In this document: piece by piece, positions 53,074 through 63,917 of the stretch
Layout: the number at the start of each line of letters is the position of its first letter
Numbering within the stretch: position 1 is the stretch's first letter
Assembly (NCBI GenBank): GCA_963751275.1
Contig: CAVVTZ010000002.1
Location: 59,954 to 123,953 of the forward strand
From: an uncultured Gemmatimonadaceae bacterium
GTDB lineage: Bacteria > Gemmatimonadota > Gemmatimonadetes > Gemmatimonadales > Gemmatimonadaceae
Reading direction: 5' to 3'
Length of the DNA: 64,000 nt
Program-made: the position numbers and the translations under genes
The notes under the pieces: model-generated
Told to the model about the DNA's origin: nothing
The model's input: only the letters and a program-made list of their open reading frames with translations
Database searches by the model: none

Positions 53074-53898
53074 CGGCGGTAAAGACCGGCGATGACCCCA
53101 CGGTCCCGCCTGCTCGGGTCACTAACGCGATGCCGCGCGTTTGCGCGCAGCCGACTGGCCCGATGGCGCAATCGGCGGCCTGGACCCCAAGGCGGTCCGG
53201 CATTTCTTGTCACACAAGTTGACTGGTTTTCACGTCGCACACCCTGTGCCCACTTCCGCGGGTTCTGGCCCGAATCTCGTCACGGTAACGGTGGCCCTCG
53301 CCACGTTCCGCAGTCGGCGTCGGCGGGCGGGCGGTATTGCCCCGGGGAGACGGCAGCCGTGCCCCGCACTGATTCTTGTCCGCCCGTTTTGCCGCGAATG
53401 CCTGAACTTAGCATTGAGATATTTCGGTTGGCGCGCAATGATGATGAGCTCCCTGCGGCCGATTGCGCAGAACGGCCGGCGCGTCTGCAAGGGCCGTTCC
53501 GGGGGCGGCGGCGGGGTTCCCGGTTTGTGCGCGCTGGTGAACGTGCACGGCCCTCGCGCCTGCGCGTATAGGACGCACACGCGCCGTGCGCATTTGTTCA
53601 CAAACCGCCGGAAGTTTGCCTGCCTGTCTGGGATGACTTGTAGGAGGAGTCCGCCGAAGATGTCGGGCGGTCTATTTGTCGGTTGAATGTCGGTTGTGCA
53701 GGTAGTTGTCTGTCGGCTCGCCTTGGCGCTGACCGGCGTCCGCGTGGTGGACCGGGGTCCGGAGGGGCCGTAGCAGCCCCTCTCCGCGCGGCATACAGCG
53801 GACTGCCCTGGGTCTGGCGCGGGCCATGTCTGCGGCGCGCCATAGGGGGTACGGGTCCAAATAGGACCGCAGTATGGCGCGGCGGGAGGAAGGCTGGC

Positions 53899-54255
53899 GT
53901 GTTCGAGGCTGCTGACATCCGGGAATGGCGCGGCCATGACGTGGTCGACGCCCAGGGCCACAAGATCGGTGAACTGGAGGCCGTCTACGTGGACACCGGC
54001 ACCGACCTGCCGTCGTTTGGCACGGTCAAGGTCGGCATGCCAACCCGGCACCGGCTCGTGTTCGTGCCTCTTGACCAGGCGACCGTGGGCCCCGGGTACG
54101 TCAAGGTCTGCTACGGCAGAAAGCAAGTGAAGGACGCCCCGTCGATCGGCACCGATGGCGAGCTTCCCGCCGGCGATGAAGAGGCGGTCTTCAAGCACTA
54201 CGGCCTGGCGTACCAGCCAGGCGGCGGCGGTGAGCGGCGGCTGGCCCGCCGCTGA
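53899..54255 (+). CDS. PRC-barrel domain protein
   Basis: WRGHDVVDAQGHKIGELEAVYVD, LVFVPL, VKDAPSI..DGEL. Confidence 0.88.
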   Translation: MFEAADIREWRGHDVVDAQGHKIGELEAVYVDTGTDLPSFGTVKVGMPTRHRLVFVPLDQATVGPGYVKVCYGRKQVKDAPSIGTDGELPAGDEEAVFKHYGLAYQPGGGGERRLARR

Positions 54256-54280
54256 GCCGCCCGACTGAGCGGAGGACCGG

Positions 54281-54454
54281 ATGATTGCCCTGTTTCTGCT
54301 ACTGGTGATCGCGGCGATCGTGCTGGGCATCGTGGGCGTGGTCGCGAAGGGCCTGCTGTACCTGCTGTTCATCGGCGTTGTCGTGTTCCTCGGCGCCCTT
54401 GTCCTGGGTGCCCTGCGGATGCGGCGGCGGCCCGGCAGGCGCCCGGCCAGGTAG
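54281..54454 (+). CDS. Small two-TM membrane protein (57 aa)
   Basis: Read manually: MIALFLLLVIAAIVLGIVGVVAKGLLYLLFIGVVVFLGALVLGALRMRRRPGRRPAR; GGAGG RBS. Confidence 0.75.
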   Translation: MIALFLLLVIAAIVLGIVGVVAKGLLYLLFIGVVVFLGALVLGALRMRRRPGRRPAR

Positions 54455-54649
54455 TCAACCCTTGAGGCAAGCGGTTTTCGGGGGGCCGTCATATGCAGCA
54501 CGCAGAACGTCATGGCCCCTCCCGGAGAGAAACCGACAACTTCCATGCACGCAGCCACCCGGCATCCACGCTCCCAGCCGACAGGAACGCCGCCCGTAGC
54601 CCGACAAGTCCATCGGATCCCTACATGCTCTCGGCGCACCTACCCCCGC

Positions 54650-55519
54650 ACCCCCGGACAAGGCGCCCGCCGAGCGCGACAAGGGCATCCTCCGGGAGTG
54701 GCGGATCATCGAGGCCCTGACCGGCACCGGCGTGCCGATCACCGACGCGATCGCCGTCTGCGCCGACGCGACGGTGCTCGGCCGCCCCTTCTACCTCATG
54801 GACCTGGTCGAGGGCTGGTCGGTGATGGCCACGCCGGGGTGGTGGCCGCCTCCCTTCGACGCCGACCTGAACACGAGGGCCGGGCTGGCCTACGAGCTCA
54901 TCGAGGGCATCGTGGCGATGGGCGACGTGGACTGGCGGGCCCGCGGCCTCGGCGACCTGGGCCGGCCCGACGGCTACCACGACCGGCAGGTCGAGCGCTG
55001 GACCCGGTTCTACGAGCGCATCAGGCGCCGTGACATCCCCGGGCTAGACGAGGCGACGCGGTGGCTGTCGTGCCACCGGCCGCTCGACTTCGTGCCGGGC
55101 GTCATGCACGGCGACTACCAGTTCCCGAACGTCATGTTCCGGCACGGCGCGCCCGCGCGCCTCGCGGCGATCGTGGACTGGGAGATGGGCACCGTCGGCG
55201 ACCCGAAGCTGGATCTCGCCTGGGCGCTGCACAGCTGGCCGGAGGACCCCGCCGGGTCGGCGGACAACGAGTACCTTATCGGCATGCCGGCCCGGTCACG
55301 CCTCCTGCAGTGCTACGCGGAGCGCTCCGGCCGGCAGGTCGATGACTTCGACTACTACATCGTGCTGGCACGATGGAAGCTGGCCATCGTGCTCGAGCAG
55401 GGCTACCAGCGCGCCGCCGCAATCCGAAGCTCGAGGAGTTCGGGGGGTACGTGCTCAAGTACATGCGGGAAGCGGCCGAGGCCGCGGAGACGAGCGGCTA
55501 CCCCGAGAGGCGGACGTGA
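54650..55519 (+). CDS. APH/ACAD10-like phosphotransferase, N-terminus missing, frameshifted
   Basis: REWRIIEAL, FYLMDLVEG, HGDYQFPNV, IVDWEMGTVGDP. Confidence 0.8.
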
Positions 55520-56194
55520 CCGGTCCGGACGAGATCCTGCGGCTCCCCTCCGGCCGGCGGGCCTACGAGAACCTCAAGGACGAGGCCGCGGATCTCATCC
55601 GCGAGGCGATCGTCTCGGGCAGGCTCCCGGCCCGGAGCAAGATCGACCAGGACGACATCGCCGGCACCCTCGGCATCAGCCGCGCCCCGGTCCGCGAGGC
55701 GCTGATCGAGCTGGCCGCCAAGGGGTTCGTGGACACCCCTCCCCGGCGCGGCGCGTTCGTCGCCGAGCTGACGGCCGAGGACATCGAGGACTACTACGAG
55801 GTCGTCGCGTCGCTGTTCGCGATGACGGCGCGGCGCGCGGTCGCGAAGCTGACCACCGCGAACGTCGATGAGCTCCGGCGCCTGCACGGCGAGATCGCCG
55901 CGGCTGACGACGAGCTCCGGCGCAGGGAGCTCGACCGCCGGTTCTTCAACGTGATCGCCGCTACCGGCCGGTCGCCGCGCCTGGACTCGCTCCTGCAGTT
56001 CATCGGCGGGATGTTCCAGGGCAGCTTCTACTTCGAGTACGCCCGGGTGGGCGGCCCACGAGGCGGGTTTCCGGGAGCGGCTGCTCGCCGCGATCGAGGC
56101 CGCTGACGAGCGGCTGGCGGCGCGGATCGTCGAGGAGCACATGCGCTCCTGCGCCAGCCTGGCCATCGAGTACCTGCGGGCCCGCGGCTACTAG
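55516..56194 (+). CDS. GntR/FCD family regulator; frameshifted
   Basis: IREAIVSGRL, LGISRAPVREAL..L, PRRGAFV. Confidence 0.85.
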
Positions 56195-56270
56195 GCCCAG
56201 CAAACCCATTATCCCGAACGGAAGCGGCTGACTCTCCAGCTCGCACAGTAGCAAGCCGCCATCCATGGAG

Positions 56271-56285
56271 TTATACTGAGTTTAA
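56271..56285. promoter_or_regulatory. Candidate operator TTATAC-N3-GTTTAA
   Basis: AT-rich quasi-palindrome also at 61061 and 63189. Confidence 0.55.
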
Positions 56286-56312
56286 AATATGAACCCGGAC
56301 TGGGAGGGCTTG

Positions 56313-56711
56313 TTGGCAGACGTGATCCCGCTGGTGGACTACCTCGTGCTCGACGGCGATCCCCATCTCATCGCCCACGAGTGCGAGCGCTGTGCGGCGC
56401 GCGGTTCTTCGACCGCCGCAACGCGTGCGCCTCGTGCGGCGGCACCAGCTTCGCGCACGGTGGACATCCCGCGCGAGGGCACCGTGCGCACGTTCACGAT
56501 CGTGTCGGTCGCCGCGCCCGGCGTCCCGGTGCCGTTCGTCGCGGCGCGTCGTCGACTGCGGCGGGCACCAGCGTCCGCGGGCAACCTGGTCAACGTCGAG
56601 CCCGATCCGGACCACGTGACGCTCGGGATGAAAGTCCGGCTGACCACGTTCCGCGTGGGCACGGACGCGGCCGGCGTCGAGGCCATCGGCTACGGGTTCG
56701 AGCCCGCCTGA
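56313..56711 (+). CDS. DUF35 Zn-ribbon/OB-fold protein; frameshifted
   Basis: CERC...CASC, GTVRTFTIV, LGMKVRL. Confidence 0.82.
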   Translation: MADVIPLVDYLVLDGDPHLIAHECERCAARGSSTAATRAPRAAAPASRTVDIPREGTVRTFTIVSVAAPGVPVPFVAARRRLRRAPASAGNLVNVEPDPDHVTLGMKVRLTTFRVGTDAAGVEAIGYGFEPA

Positions 56712-56744
56712 GCCGGCTCAGCCGGAACGAAGGGCAGCGTCGCG

Positions 56745-57980
56745 ATGGCGGAAGACGTATGGATCCTCGGCATCTCGATGACCAAGTTCGGCAAGCACCC
56801 GGACAAGGACATCGTCGACCTGGCGTCGCGAGGCCGCGTTCGGCGCGCTCGCCGACGCGGGGATCGGCATGAAGGACGTCGGGGTGCTCGCGGCGGGGCG
56901 ACCTGACCGGCGGCGGCTCCGGCTTCGGGCAGCAACTGCAGAAGCAGATCGGGCAGACCGGCATCCCCGTGTACAACGTGGCCAACGCCTGCGCCACCGG
57001 CGCGACCGCGCTGCGCGTCGCGATCATGGCGGTGAAGGCGGGCGAGGCCGACTACGGCATGGCCGTCGGCGTCGAGAAGCTGTCCGGGGCGGGCCTGCTC
57101 GGCGCCTCGGCCCGGAAGAAGCGAGAGCGACACCTGGGCGCCGGACGGCCGCTTCGGCGCGGTCGCCCCGCTGGACGGCCGGGTCGGCACCGAGACGATG
57201 CCCGGCGTCTTCGCCCAGATCGGCCTGGAGTACGGCTCGAAGTACGGCGGCGTCGAGCTTCGAGCTGTTCGCCCGGATCGCCGAGAAGAACCACGCGCAC
57301 TCCACGCTGAACCCGCTGGCGGCGTACACCAAGCGGCTGACCCTCGACCAGATCATGAACGACGTCATGATCGCCTACCCGAACACCCGGCCGATGTGCT
57401 CGGCCAACTGCGACGGCGCGGCGGCGGCGATCGTGGTCAGCGACAGCAAGCTGAAGACGCTGTCGCTCGAGCAGCGGCGGCGCGCGGTGAAGATCAGCGC
57501 CTCGGTGCTGACCAGCGACCCGTGGCAGGAGGCCTGCCAGGTGCTGCCCGACGTGAACACGCTGACCCGGCAGGCCGCCGGCGCAGGCCTACGAGCAGGC
57601 GGGCGTCGGCCCCGAGGACCTCGACCTCGTCGAGCTGCACGACTGCTTCGCGACCGCTGAGCTGGTCCACTACGACAACCTGAAGCTGTGCGAGCCGGGC
57701 GGCGCGGTCGACCTCTTCGACTCCGGGGCGACCTGGCGCGACGGCAAGACCCCGGTGAACGTCAGCGGCGGGCTGGAGTCCAAGGGCCACCCGATCGCGG
57801 CCACCGGCATCGCCAACATCTGGGAGATCTGCCAGCACCTGCGGGGCGAGGCAGGCCCCCGGCAGATCGACGGGCGCGCGCGTCGGGCTCGCCCACGTGA
57901 TCGGGCTCGGCAGCGCCTGCGGCGTGCACATCCTGAAGAAGGCGTACGTGCGCTGCTCCACTGGCGAGCTCGTTTCCTGA
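56745..57980 (+). CDS. SCP2-type thiolase family protein; frameshifted
   Basis: MTKFGK, NVANACATG, NCDGAAA, ELHDCF, NVSGGLESKGHPIAATG. Confidence 0.88.
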
Positions 57981-57995
57981 GGACTGGAGGAGGCA

Positions 57996-58820
57996 GTGCC
58001 GTGCGGTTCGGACTCCGCTTCGATGCTCGCGGCGATGGCCGCGCGCACCGGGCGGGTCCGGTTCGCCGTCTCGGCCCTTATCGCGCCGTTCCACGACCCG
58101 CTCCGGCTCGCCGAGGACCTCATCGTCGCCGACAACATCTGCCGCGGCCAGGCTCGACCTGATCGTCGCGGTCGCTACGTGCCGGACGAGTTCGCGATGT
58201 TCGGCGTGCCGATGAACGAGCGTCCGGCGCGCGTCACCCAGGTGGTGACCACCCTGAAGGCCGCCTTCTCCGGCGAGCCGTTCACCTACCGCGGGCGCAC
58301 CGTCCAGGTCACGCCCGCGCCGTTCCGGCCTGGCGGCCCCTCGATCTCCCTCGGCGGCAGCAGCGAGCCGGCGGCGCGCCGCGCGGCGCGGATCGCGGAC
58401 GGCTTCTTCCCGACCGACCCGAAGGTCTGGGAGTTCTACCGGGACGAGCTGCGGCGGCTCGGCCGCCCCGATCCCGGCCGGTGCCCGCTGCCGTCCGGTC
58501 CCGCGCTGGTCGCGCTCGCGGAAGACCCCGAGGAGGGCTGGCGGCGGATGGCGCCCTCGTTCCTGCACCAGGTCAACGCCTACGGCGAATGGCAGGCCAG
58601 GGCCAGCGTGGCCATTCCGTACCGGACGCTGGCGGACACCGACGCGCTGCGCGCCACCAGGCAGTTCCGGGTGCTGACCCCGGCTCAGTTCATCACGGAG
58701 CAGAAAGCGGCCCCGGTCCCGTACGCCACCTTCCACCCGCTCGTCGGCGGCATGCCGATCGACGTGGCCTGGTCAAGCCTGCGCCTGTTCGAGCGCGAGG
58801 TCCTCCCCGCCTTCGCCTAG
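57996..58820 (+). CDS. LLM-class flavin-dependent oxidoreductase, apparent internal deletion near the N-terminus
   Basis: LAAMAART.RVR, HDPLRLAEDL, GGSSEPAARRAARIADGF. Confidence 0.8.
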   Translation: MPCGSDSASMLAAMAARTGRVRFAVSALIAPFHDPLRLAEDLIVADNICRGQARPDRRGRYVPDEFAMFGVPMNERPARVTQVVTTLKAAFSGEPFTYRGRTVQVTPAPFRPGGPSISLGGSSEPAARRAARIADGFFPTDPKVWEFYRDELRRLGRPDPGRCPLPSGPALVALAEDPEEGWRRMAPSFLHQVNAYGEWQARASVAIPYRTLADTDALRATRQFRVLTPAQFITEQKAAPVPYATFHPLVGGMPIDVAWSSLRLFEREVLPAFA

Positions 58821-58867
58821 ACAACGCGCACTCGCGGCGGCTTATCCGCCGGGAGCATCATGGGCTG

Positions 58868-59248
58868 ATGATCGACCCGCACGTCATCTGGCTACGCGAT
58901 CAGATCCTCGAACGAATCCGCATCGCCAAGGCCGTCAAGACAGTCGGCGGCACCTGGCACTCGGGGGAGCCGGGCGACGAGGGGCCGGCCGAAGTCGATG
59001 ACGACCTGGACCGCGTTGTCGCGGCGTCCGGAGACGGCGCCATCGCGGAACACATCGCGATGAACGACCCTGGAACGGTAGTCGAAACCTGCCTGGCGGA
59101 ACTGGCCATCCTCGCAGAGCACAGGCGCAGCGGCGCCTTCGCGCCATCAGCCCCCGCCAGGGAGCACTGCATCGTCTGCCACACGGACTACCCATGCAAC
59201 ACCGTCCGCCGCCTGCACGACAGCTACCGGCGCTGGAACCCCTGGTGA
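58868..59248 (+). CDS. DUF6221-like protein
   Basis: AEHIAMNDP..V....AELAIL..H, CIVC..DYPCNTVRRL. Confidence 0.7.
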   Translation: MIDPHVIWLRDQILERIRIAKAVKTVGGTWHSGEPGDEGPAEVDDDLDRVVAASGDGAIAEHIAMNDPGTVVETCLAELAILAEHRRSGAFAPSAPAREHCIVCHTDYPCNTVRRLHDSYRRWNPW

Positions 59249-59547
59249 GCCATCCGCATACTGTGCCAGCCGCCGGCCACGACCGAGGCACCCGACATGG
59301 ACCGATCACCGAGCCCGCCCAGCTCGGCGACTCCACCGGCAGCGCCTTCATCACCTGCCGCACCCGCATCCGGCCGCGACGCCGCCCTCGCCGGCCAGCT
59401 CCCCTTCGCCCAGGATTGTCGCCGCGCTCATTGCCGCTCCAGGGACAGGGAACGACTCCCCGGCGTCTGGCTGTGACCGTGGTGACGATAGTGCTCGCAG
59501 CGGCCGTGGTGCCCGCGCTGCGGCCGGCCGGGGCCGCTGCCTACTAT

Positions 59548-59627
59548 GCCGACGGCGCCAAAGGCATGCTCTAGCCAGGCCGATGGCGCCATCGGCCTGC
59601 TCTATCCAGGCCGATGGCGCCATCGGC
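59548..59627. repeat. 31-bp tandem repeat (2.6 units) containing palindrome GCCGATGGCGCCATCGGC
   Basis: Units start at 59548, 59579 and 59610. Confidence 0.85.
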
Positions 59628-59707
59628 AGAACGCGCCCGCGCCGCGCCGCGGCCTGCGCGGCCTTGCGGGCCGCGTCGCGGCCCTGCGGGCCGCGCGGCG
59701 TCGGGGT

Positions 59708-61019
59708 TCAGGCGGTGATGAATCGTTCGAGGTTGTCCCGCATGATCTTGCTGGACGGTGACGTCGTCGAGGCCCTTGAGCTGGGTGACGTACTGCATCG
59801 GGTCGGGGAGCCCTCGGAGTGGGGGAAGTCCGAGCCGAAGATCAGGCAGTCGGTGCCGACGACCTCGATGGCCTGTGCGACGTTCTCCTCGGGGAAGGGG
59901 GCGATGACGAAGTGTTCGCTTGAAGATGCTGGATCGGGCGGCCAGGCAGCGTGCCCCACTTGGGCCGGCGGCCCAGCAGCATGGCGTGGTCCAGCTTGCG
60001 CAGCAGGTAGGGCAGCCACGACGGTGCCGAACTCGGCGATGAGGACGTTGACGTTCGGGAAGCGCCCGAAGAGGTTGTGGAACATCATCGCGGTGACGGT
60101 CTCCATGATCGGCCGGTCCGACCAGTACGAGACCCACTGGAAGGCGTTGTACTCGCGAGTACCGGGCGTTGGGGTCCTCGCCCCAGTCGCCGCCGTCGGC
60201 GCTGGTAGCCGCCAGCCGCCGAGGTGGACGGCGACCCGCAGCTCGGCCTCGTTGACCCGGGCCCAGAAGGGGTCGAAGTAGGGGTCGAAGGGCGAGCGCG
60301 CCGTAGGCCGGGCCGGACGGCAGGTTGATCGAGCTTGGCGCCGCTGGTCGATGGCCCACTCGAGCTCGGCCACGGCGTGGTCGACGTCACGCAGCGGGAT
60401 CACGACGGGCACGAAGATCCGGTCCTGGTAGGCGAAGCCCCAGTCGTCGTTCAGCCACTCGTTGAAGGCCCGGTCGACGGCGTAGCCGGCCTCGACGTCA
60501 CCCCGATTGAAGGCGCACTCGCCGGCGGTCCCGACGGCGTGCAGGACCGCCGACCTGCACGCCCTGGACGTCCATCAGGCCGAGGCGGGGGTCCTTGTGC
60601 TCGAACGCCGGCCGCATCTCGTTGTAGCGCTGCGACCAGCTGGGCCCGGCGAGCTCGTCGAGGTCGCGCATCGGGTTGAGCCGGTTGAGCATCGCCCCGG
60701 GGATCGGGATGTTGCCCTCCATCTCGGGGAGCGTCGTCGAGGTCGACGCCGCCGTGGCCGCCCTCGGGGACCGGGTGCTCGCCGACCGTGCGGCGCGTCG
60801 TGTCGATGGTCCTGTCTCGTCGTCGTGCTCCTCCTCGGTCAGCATCCTGGGCTCACCCGGCAGCCACGCCCGCTCGATCATGTCCGGCGCCAGGTAGCGG
60901 GTCACGGCGTCGTCGGGGGCGTACAGGTGATGATCCCCGTCGAAGATTCCGTACGGCAGGTGCTGCTCGAGGTCGGCGCCGTAGATGCCGCGCGTTCCGA
61001 GCCTTGGCGTGTCAGCCAA
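59708..61019 (-). CDS. Amidohydrolase family 2 protein; frameshifted
   Basis: FDGDHHLY, DPYFDPFW, LFGRFPN, FGSDFPHSEG. Confidence 0.85.
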
Positions 61020-61060
61020 CGGGTCCTCCTGAGAGTCATGGCGTCATGCGCCGTCAGTAT

Positions 61061-61075
61061 TTATACTTAGTCTAA
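61061..61075. promoter_or_regulatory. Candidate operator TTATAC-N3-GTCTAA
   Basis: In the divergent promoter between amidohydrolase and CoA ligase. Confidence 0.55.
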
Positions 61076-61155
61076 ACTATGTTGCACTGAGTCTAACTCC
61101 ATAATGCCGACGCGCCACCCCGCGAGCGCGCCAACCCGCGAGAGACGAGCCCACC

Positions 61156-62729
61156 GTGAACATAAGCCTGCTGTTGGACATGGCGGCCGACGGTTTCGGT
61201 GCACCTGGGCGCCTGGTCGGCCGCGGGCCGGCCGGGCCTGACGGCGGAACGCGTCCGCTGGCTCAGCACGGCCCGCGGCAGGCACATCTGCGCGGCCGGG
61301 GCGACTCGGTCGTCTACTGGGCGTGAACGGCCCGGCGTTCCCGGTCGCCCTGTTCGCCGCCGCCCGGGCCGGGGTGCCGCTGGTGCCGGTCAACTACCGG
61401 CTCGGCGCGGACCGCGACTGCGCGCGCTGCTGGCGAACCACCCGCGGGCGCTGGGCCTGGCCGGCCCGGGCGAGATCGGCGCGCTGCGCGCGGCCGGGCT
61501 GACGGCGCTGACCTTCGACGAGTGGCTGGACGCGATCGCAGCCGAGGGGGCGGCGGCCGAGGCCGCCGACGGGCGCGTCCGCGGCCGAGGAGCTGCGGCG
61601 AGCGGCAGGCGACAGGACGCCGGCGGCGACGGGACGCCGGCCCGGCGCGGTGGCCGCGCTCCTCTACACGAGCGGCACCACCGCCGCCCCCAAGGGCGTG
61701 CTGTCGCCACCGCCACCTGGCCGCCTACGTGATCGGCACGGTCGAGTTCGGTGCCGCGGACCCCGACGACGCCGCGCTGCGTCAGCGTGCCGCCGTACCA
61801 CGTCGCCGGCGTCGCCGAACCTGCTCACCAACCTGTACTCGGGCCGGCGCGTCGTCTACCTCGACCAGTTCGACGCCGAGCGGTGGCTCGAGACCGTCCG
61901 CCGACGAGCACGATCACCCACGCCATGGTCGTGCCCACCATGCTGGCCCGCATCGTGCGACGTGCTCGACGCCGACGGCGGCGGACGTGCCCAGCCTGCG
62001 CACCCTGTCCTACGGCGGCGCGCGGATGCCGGCCACGGTGCTCGCAGCGGGCCATGGCGCTGCTCCCCGACGTCGGCCTTCGCCAACGCCTACGGCCTGA
62101 CCGAGACCAGCTCGACCATCGCCGTGCTCGGCCCCGACGACCACCGGGCGGCGATCAGAGCGGCGATCCCGCCGTCGGTCGCCCGGCTCGTCGTCGGCCG
62201 GCCAGCCGCTGCCGGCCATCGAGGTCGAGATCCGCGACGAGGACGGCGGTCGCGTCCCGCCCGGCGAGCTCGGCGACATCTTGGTGCGCGGCGAGCAGGT
62301 CTCCGGCGAGTACGTCGGCAGCGGCCGCACCGCGCGACGCCGAGGGCTGGTTCGCCACCCGCGACCGTGGCTATCTCGACGACGACGGCTACCTCTTCAT
62401 CGAGGGCCGCGCCGACGACACCATCATCCGCGGCGGCGAGAACATCGCGCCGGCCGAGATCGAGGAGGTGCTGCTGCACCACCCGACGCCGTCGCCGACT
62501 GCGCCGTCGTCGGCGTCCCCGACGACGAGTGGGGCCAGCGCATCGCCGCCGCGGTGGTGCTGCGCGCCGGGTGCGACCGTGGATCCCGGCCAGCTGCGCG
62601 CGCACGTCCGCCAGCCGGCTGCGGAGCGTCGAAGACGCCCGATCGCATCGAAGTGTGGGCCGAGATCCCTCGCACCGAGACCGGCAAGCGATCCGCCGTC
62701 ACGCGGTCGCGCGCCTCACCGGCGGGTAA
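61156..62729 (+). CDS. Acyl-CoA synthetase (AMP-forming); heavily frameshifted
   Basis: [50 protein letters not shown]. Confidence 0.88.
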
Positions 62730-62848
62730 GCGGCGACCTCACCCCACCACGGGTGGATCCACGGCGGGCACCTGCACCTGCTGTCGCCCACCAACGGGAC
62801 GGCGAGCCGATGCCCTGCTACCGGCTGTCCTCGGTGCCGCGCCGCCGG

Positions 62849-63040
62849 TCAGTCCGCCAGGCTGATCGCCCGCTTGGGACAGGCGGGGACGGCGTCGTCG
62901 ACCTTGCCGCGCAGTGACTCGCCGGGGGTTTCCTGGAGGACCAGCAGGGTGTCGTCGTCCTGCAGCTCGAAGACCTCCGGAGCGGCCGCCATGCACAGGG
63001 CGTTGCTCTCGCACAGGTTCCAGTCAACGACGACTCGCAC
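62849..63040 (-). CDS. Single-cluster ferredoxin ([3Fe-4S]-type)
   Basis: CESNALC..AAPEVF...ACPKRAI. Confidence 0.9.
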   Translation of the reverse strand: MRVVVDWNLCESNALCMAAAPEVFELQDDDTLLVLQETPGESLRGKVDDAVPACPKRAISLAD

Positions 63041-63188
63041 GTGGCGTCACCTTTCACTCGGGCGCCCGGCCGGTGCTGGCTGCAGCCACTGGCCGGCAAT
63101 GACCGTGCACTCCCCGGCCTATCCGTAGAGCCTCACGGGTTATGCGACACTGTGCAGAAGTATGGCGCTAGGTGCGGCCCGACTATAT

Positions 63189-63203
63189 TTAGACGTAGTA
63201 TAA
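63189..63203. promoter_or_regulatory. Candidate operator TTAGAC-N3-GTATAA upstream of TetR
   Basis: Reverse complement of the 61061 motif. Confidence 0.55.
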
Positions 63204-63272
63204 TTATGCTGGTGCTCGGGCGCAATCCGCGACGACATCGCCGAGACCGTCCGGGTTCCCGTGCCCGCGTCC

Positions 63273-63917
63273 ATGAAGCCGACTAACGTAAGGATTGGTT
63301 CGTGGCAACGCAGGCGGCCGACAACAGCGCCACTTCCGGCACGACGAGCTGCCTCCGGTGCCCCCGGGCGGCGGGCCAGCCTGACGCAGGAGCGCTCCCG
63401 CGACACCAGGCGGCGGCTGGTGCGCACTGCCGCCATGCGCCTGTGGACCGAGCGCGGGTTCGAGACCGGCATCGAGGACACCACGATCGACGAGATCGTC
63501 CAGGCGGCCGGAGTCACCAAGGGCACCTTCTACTCCCACTTCGCCGACAAGGAAGAGATCCTCCTCGAGCTGGGCTACCAGACGGCCTCGCTCCTGTACG
63601 AGGAGGCGGCGCGCTGCGTCAACGCCAAGCGCAGCATCGACGGTTCGCTGCGCCGCCGTGACGAGCGCGCTGGTCGCCAGCGTCAAGGCCGCGCCGCCCG
63701 CCGCGGTCGGCCGTGCCATGTCCGAGTTCCAGCGGCCTCGGCGGCCCGGGACGAGCCGCCCGCCATGCACCCGTCGTTCGCGCAGGCGCTGGAGATGCTG
63801 TTCGCCCGCGCCCGCGACGAGGGCGAGGTGACCGATAAAGTCGACCCCGCCGAGATGGCCCAGATCGTCGAGGCCCTGTACGTGGAATCCCTGATGGAAT
63901 GGTCCAGGGCCGGCTGA
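63273..63917 (+). CDS. TetR/AcrR family regulator
   Basis: QERSRDTR..L, TTIDEIVQAAGVTKGTFYSHFADKEEIL. Confidence 0.9.
   Translation: MKPTNVRIGSWQRRRPTTAPLPARRAASGAPGRRASLTQERSRDTRRRLVRTAAMRLWTERGFETGIEDTTIDEIVQAAGVTKGTFYSHFADKEEILLELGYQTASLLYEEAARCVNAKRSIDGSLRRRDERAGRQRQGRAARRGRPCHVRVPAASAARDEPPAMHPSFAQALEMLFARARDEGEVTDKVDPAEMAQIVEALYVESLMEWSRAG

Noticed and set aside
59548..59627. Mini CRISPR array
   Set aside because: 31-bp period with near-identical 13-bp linkers, too short and not unique; no cas genes
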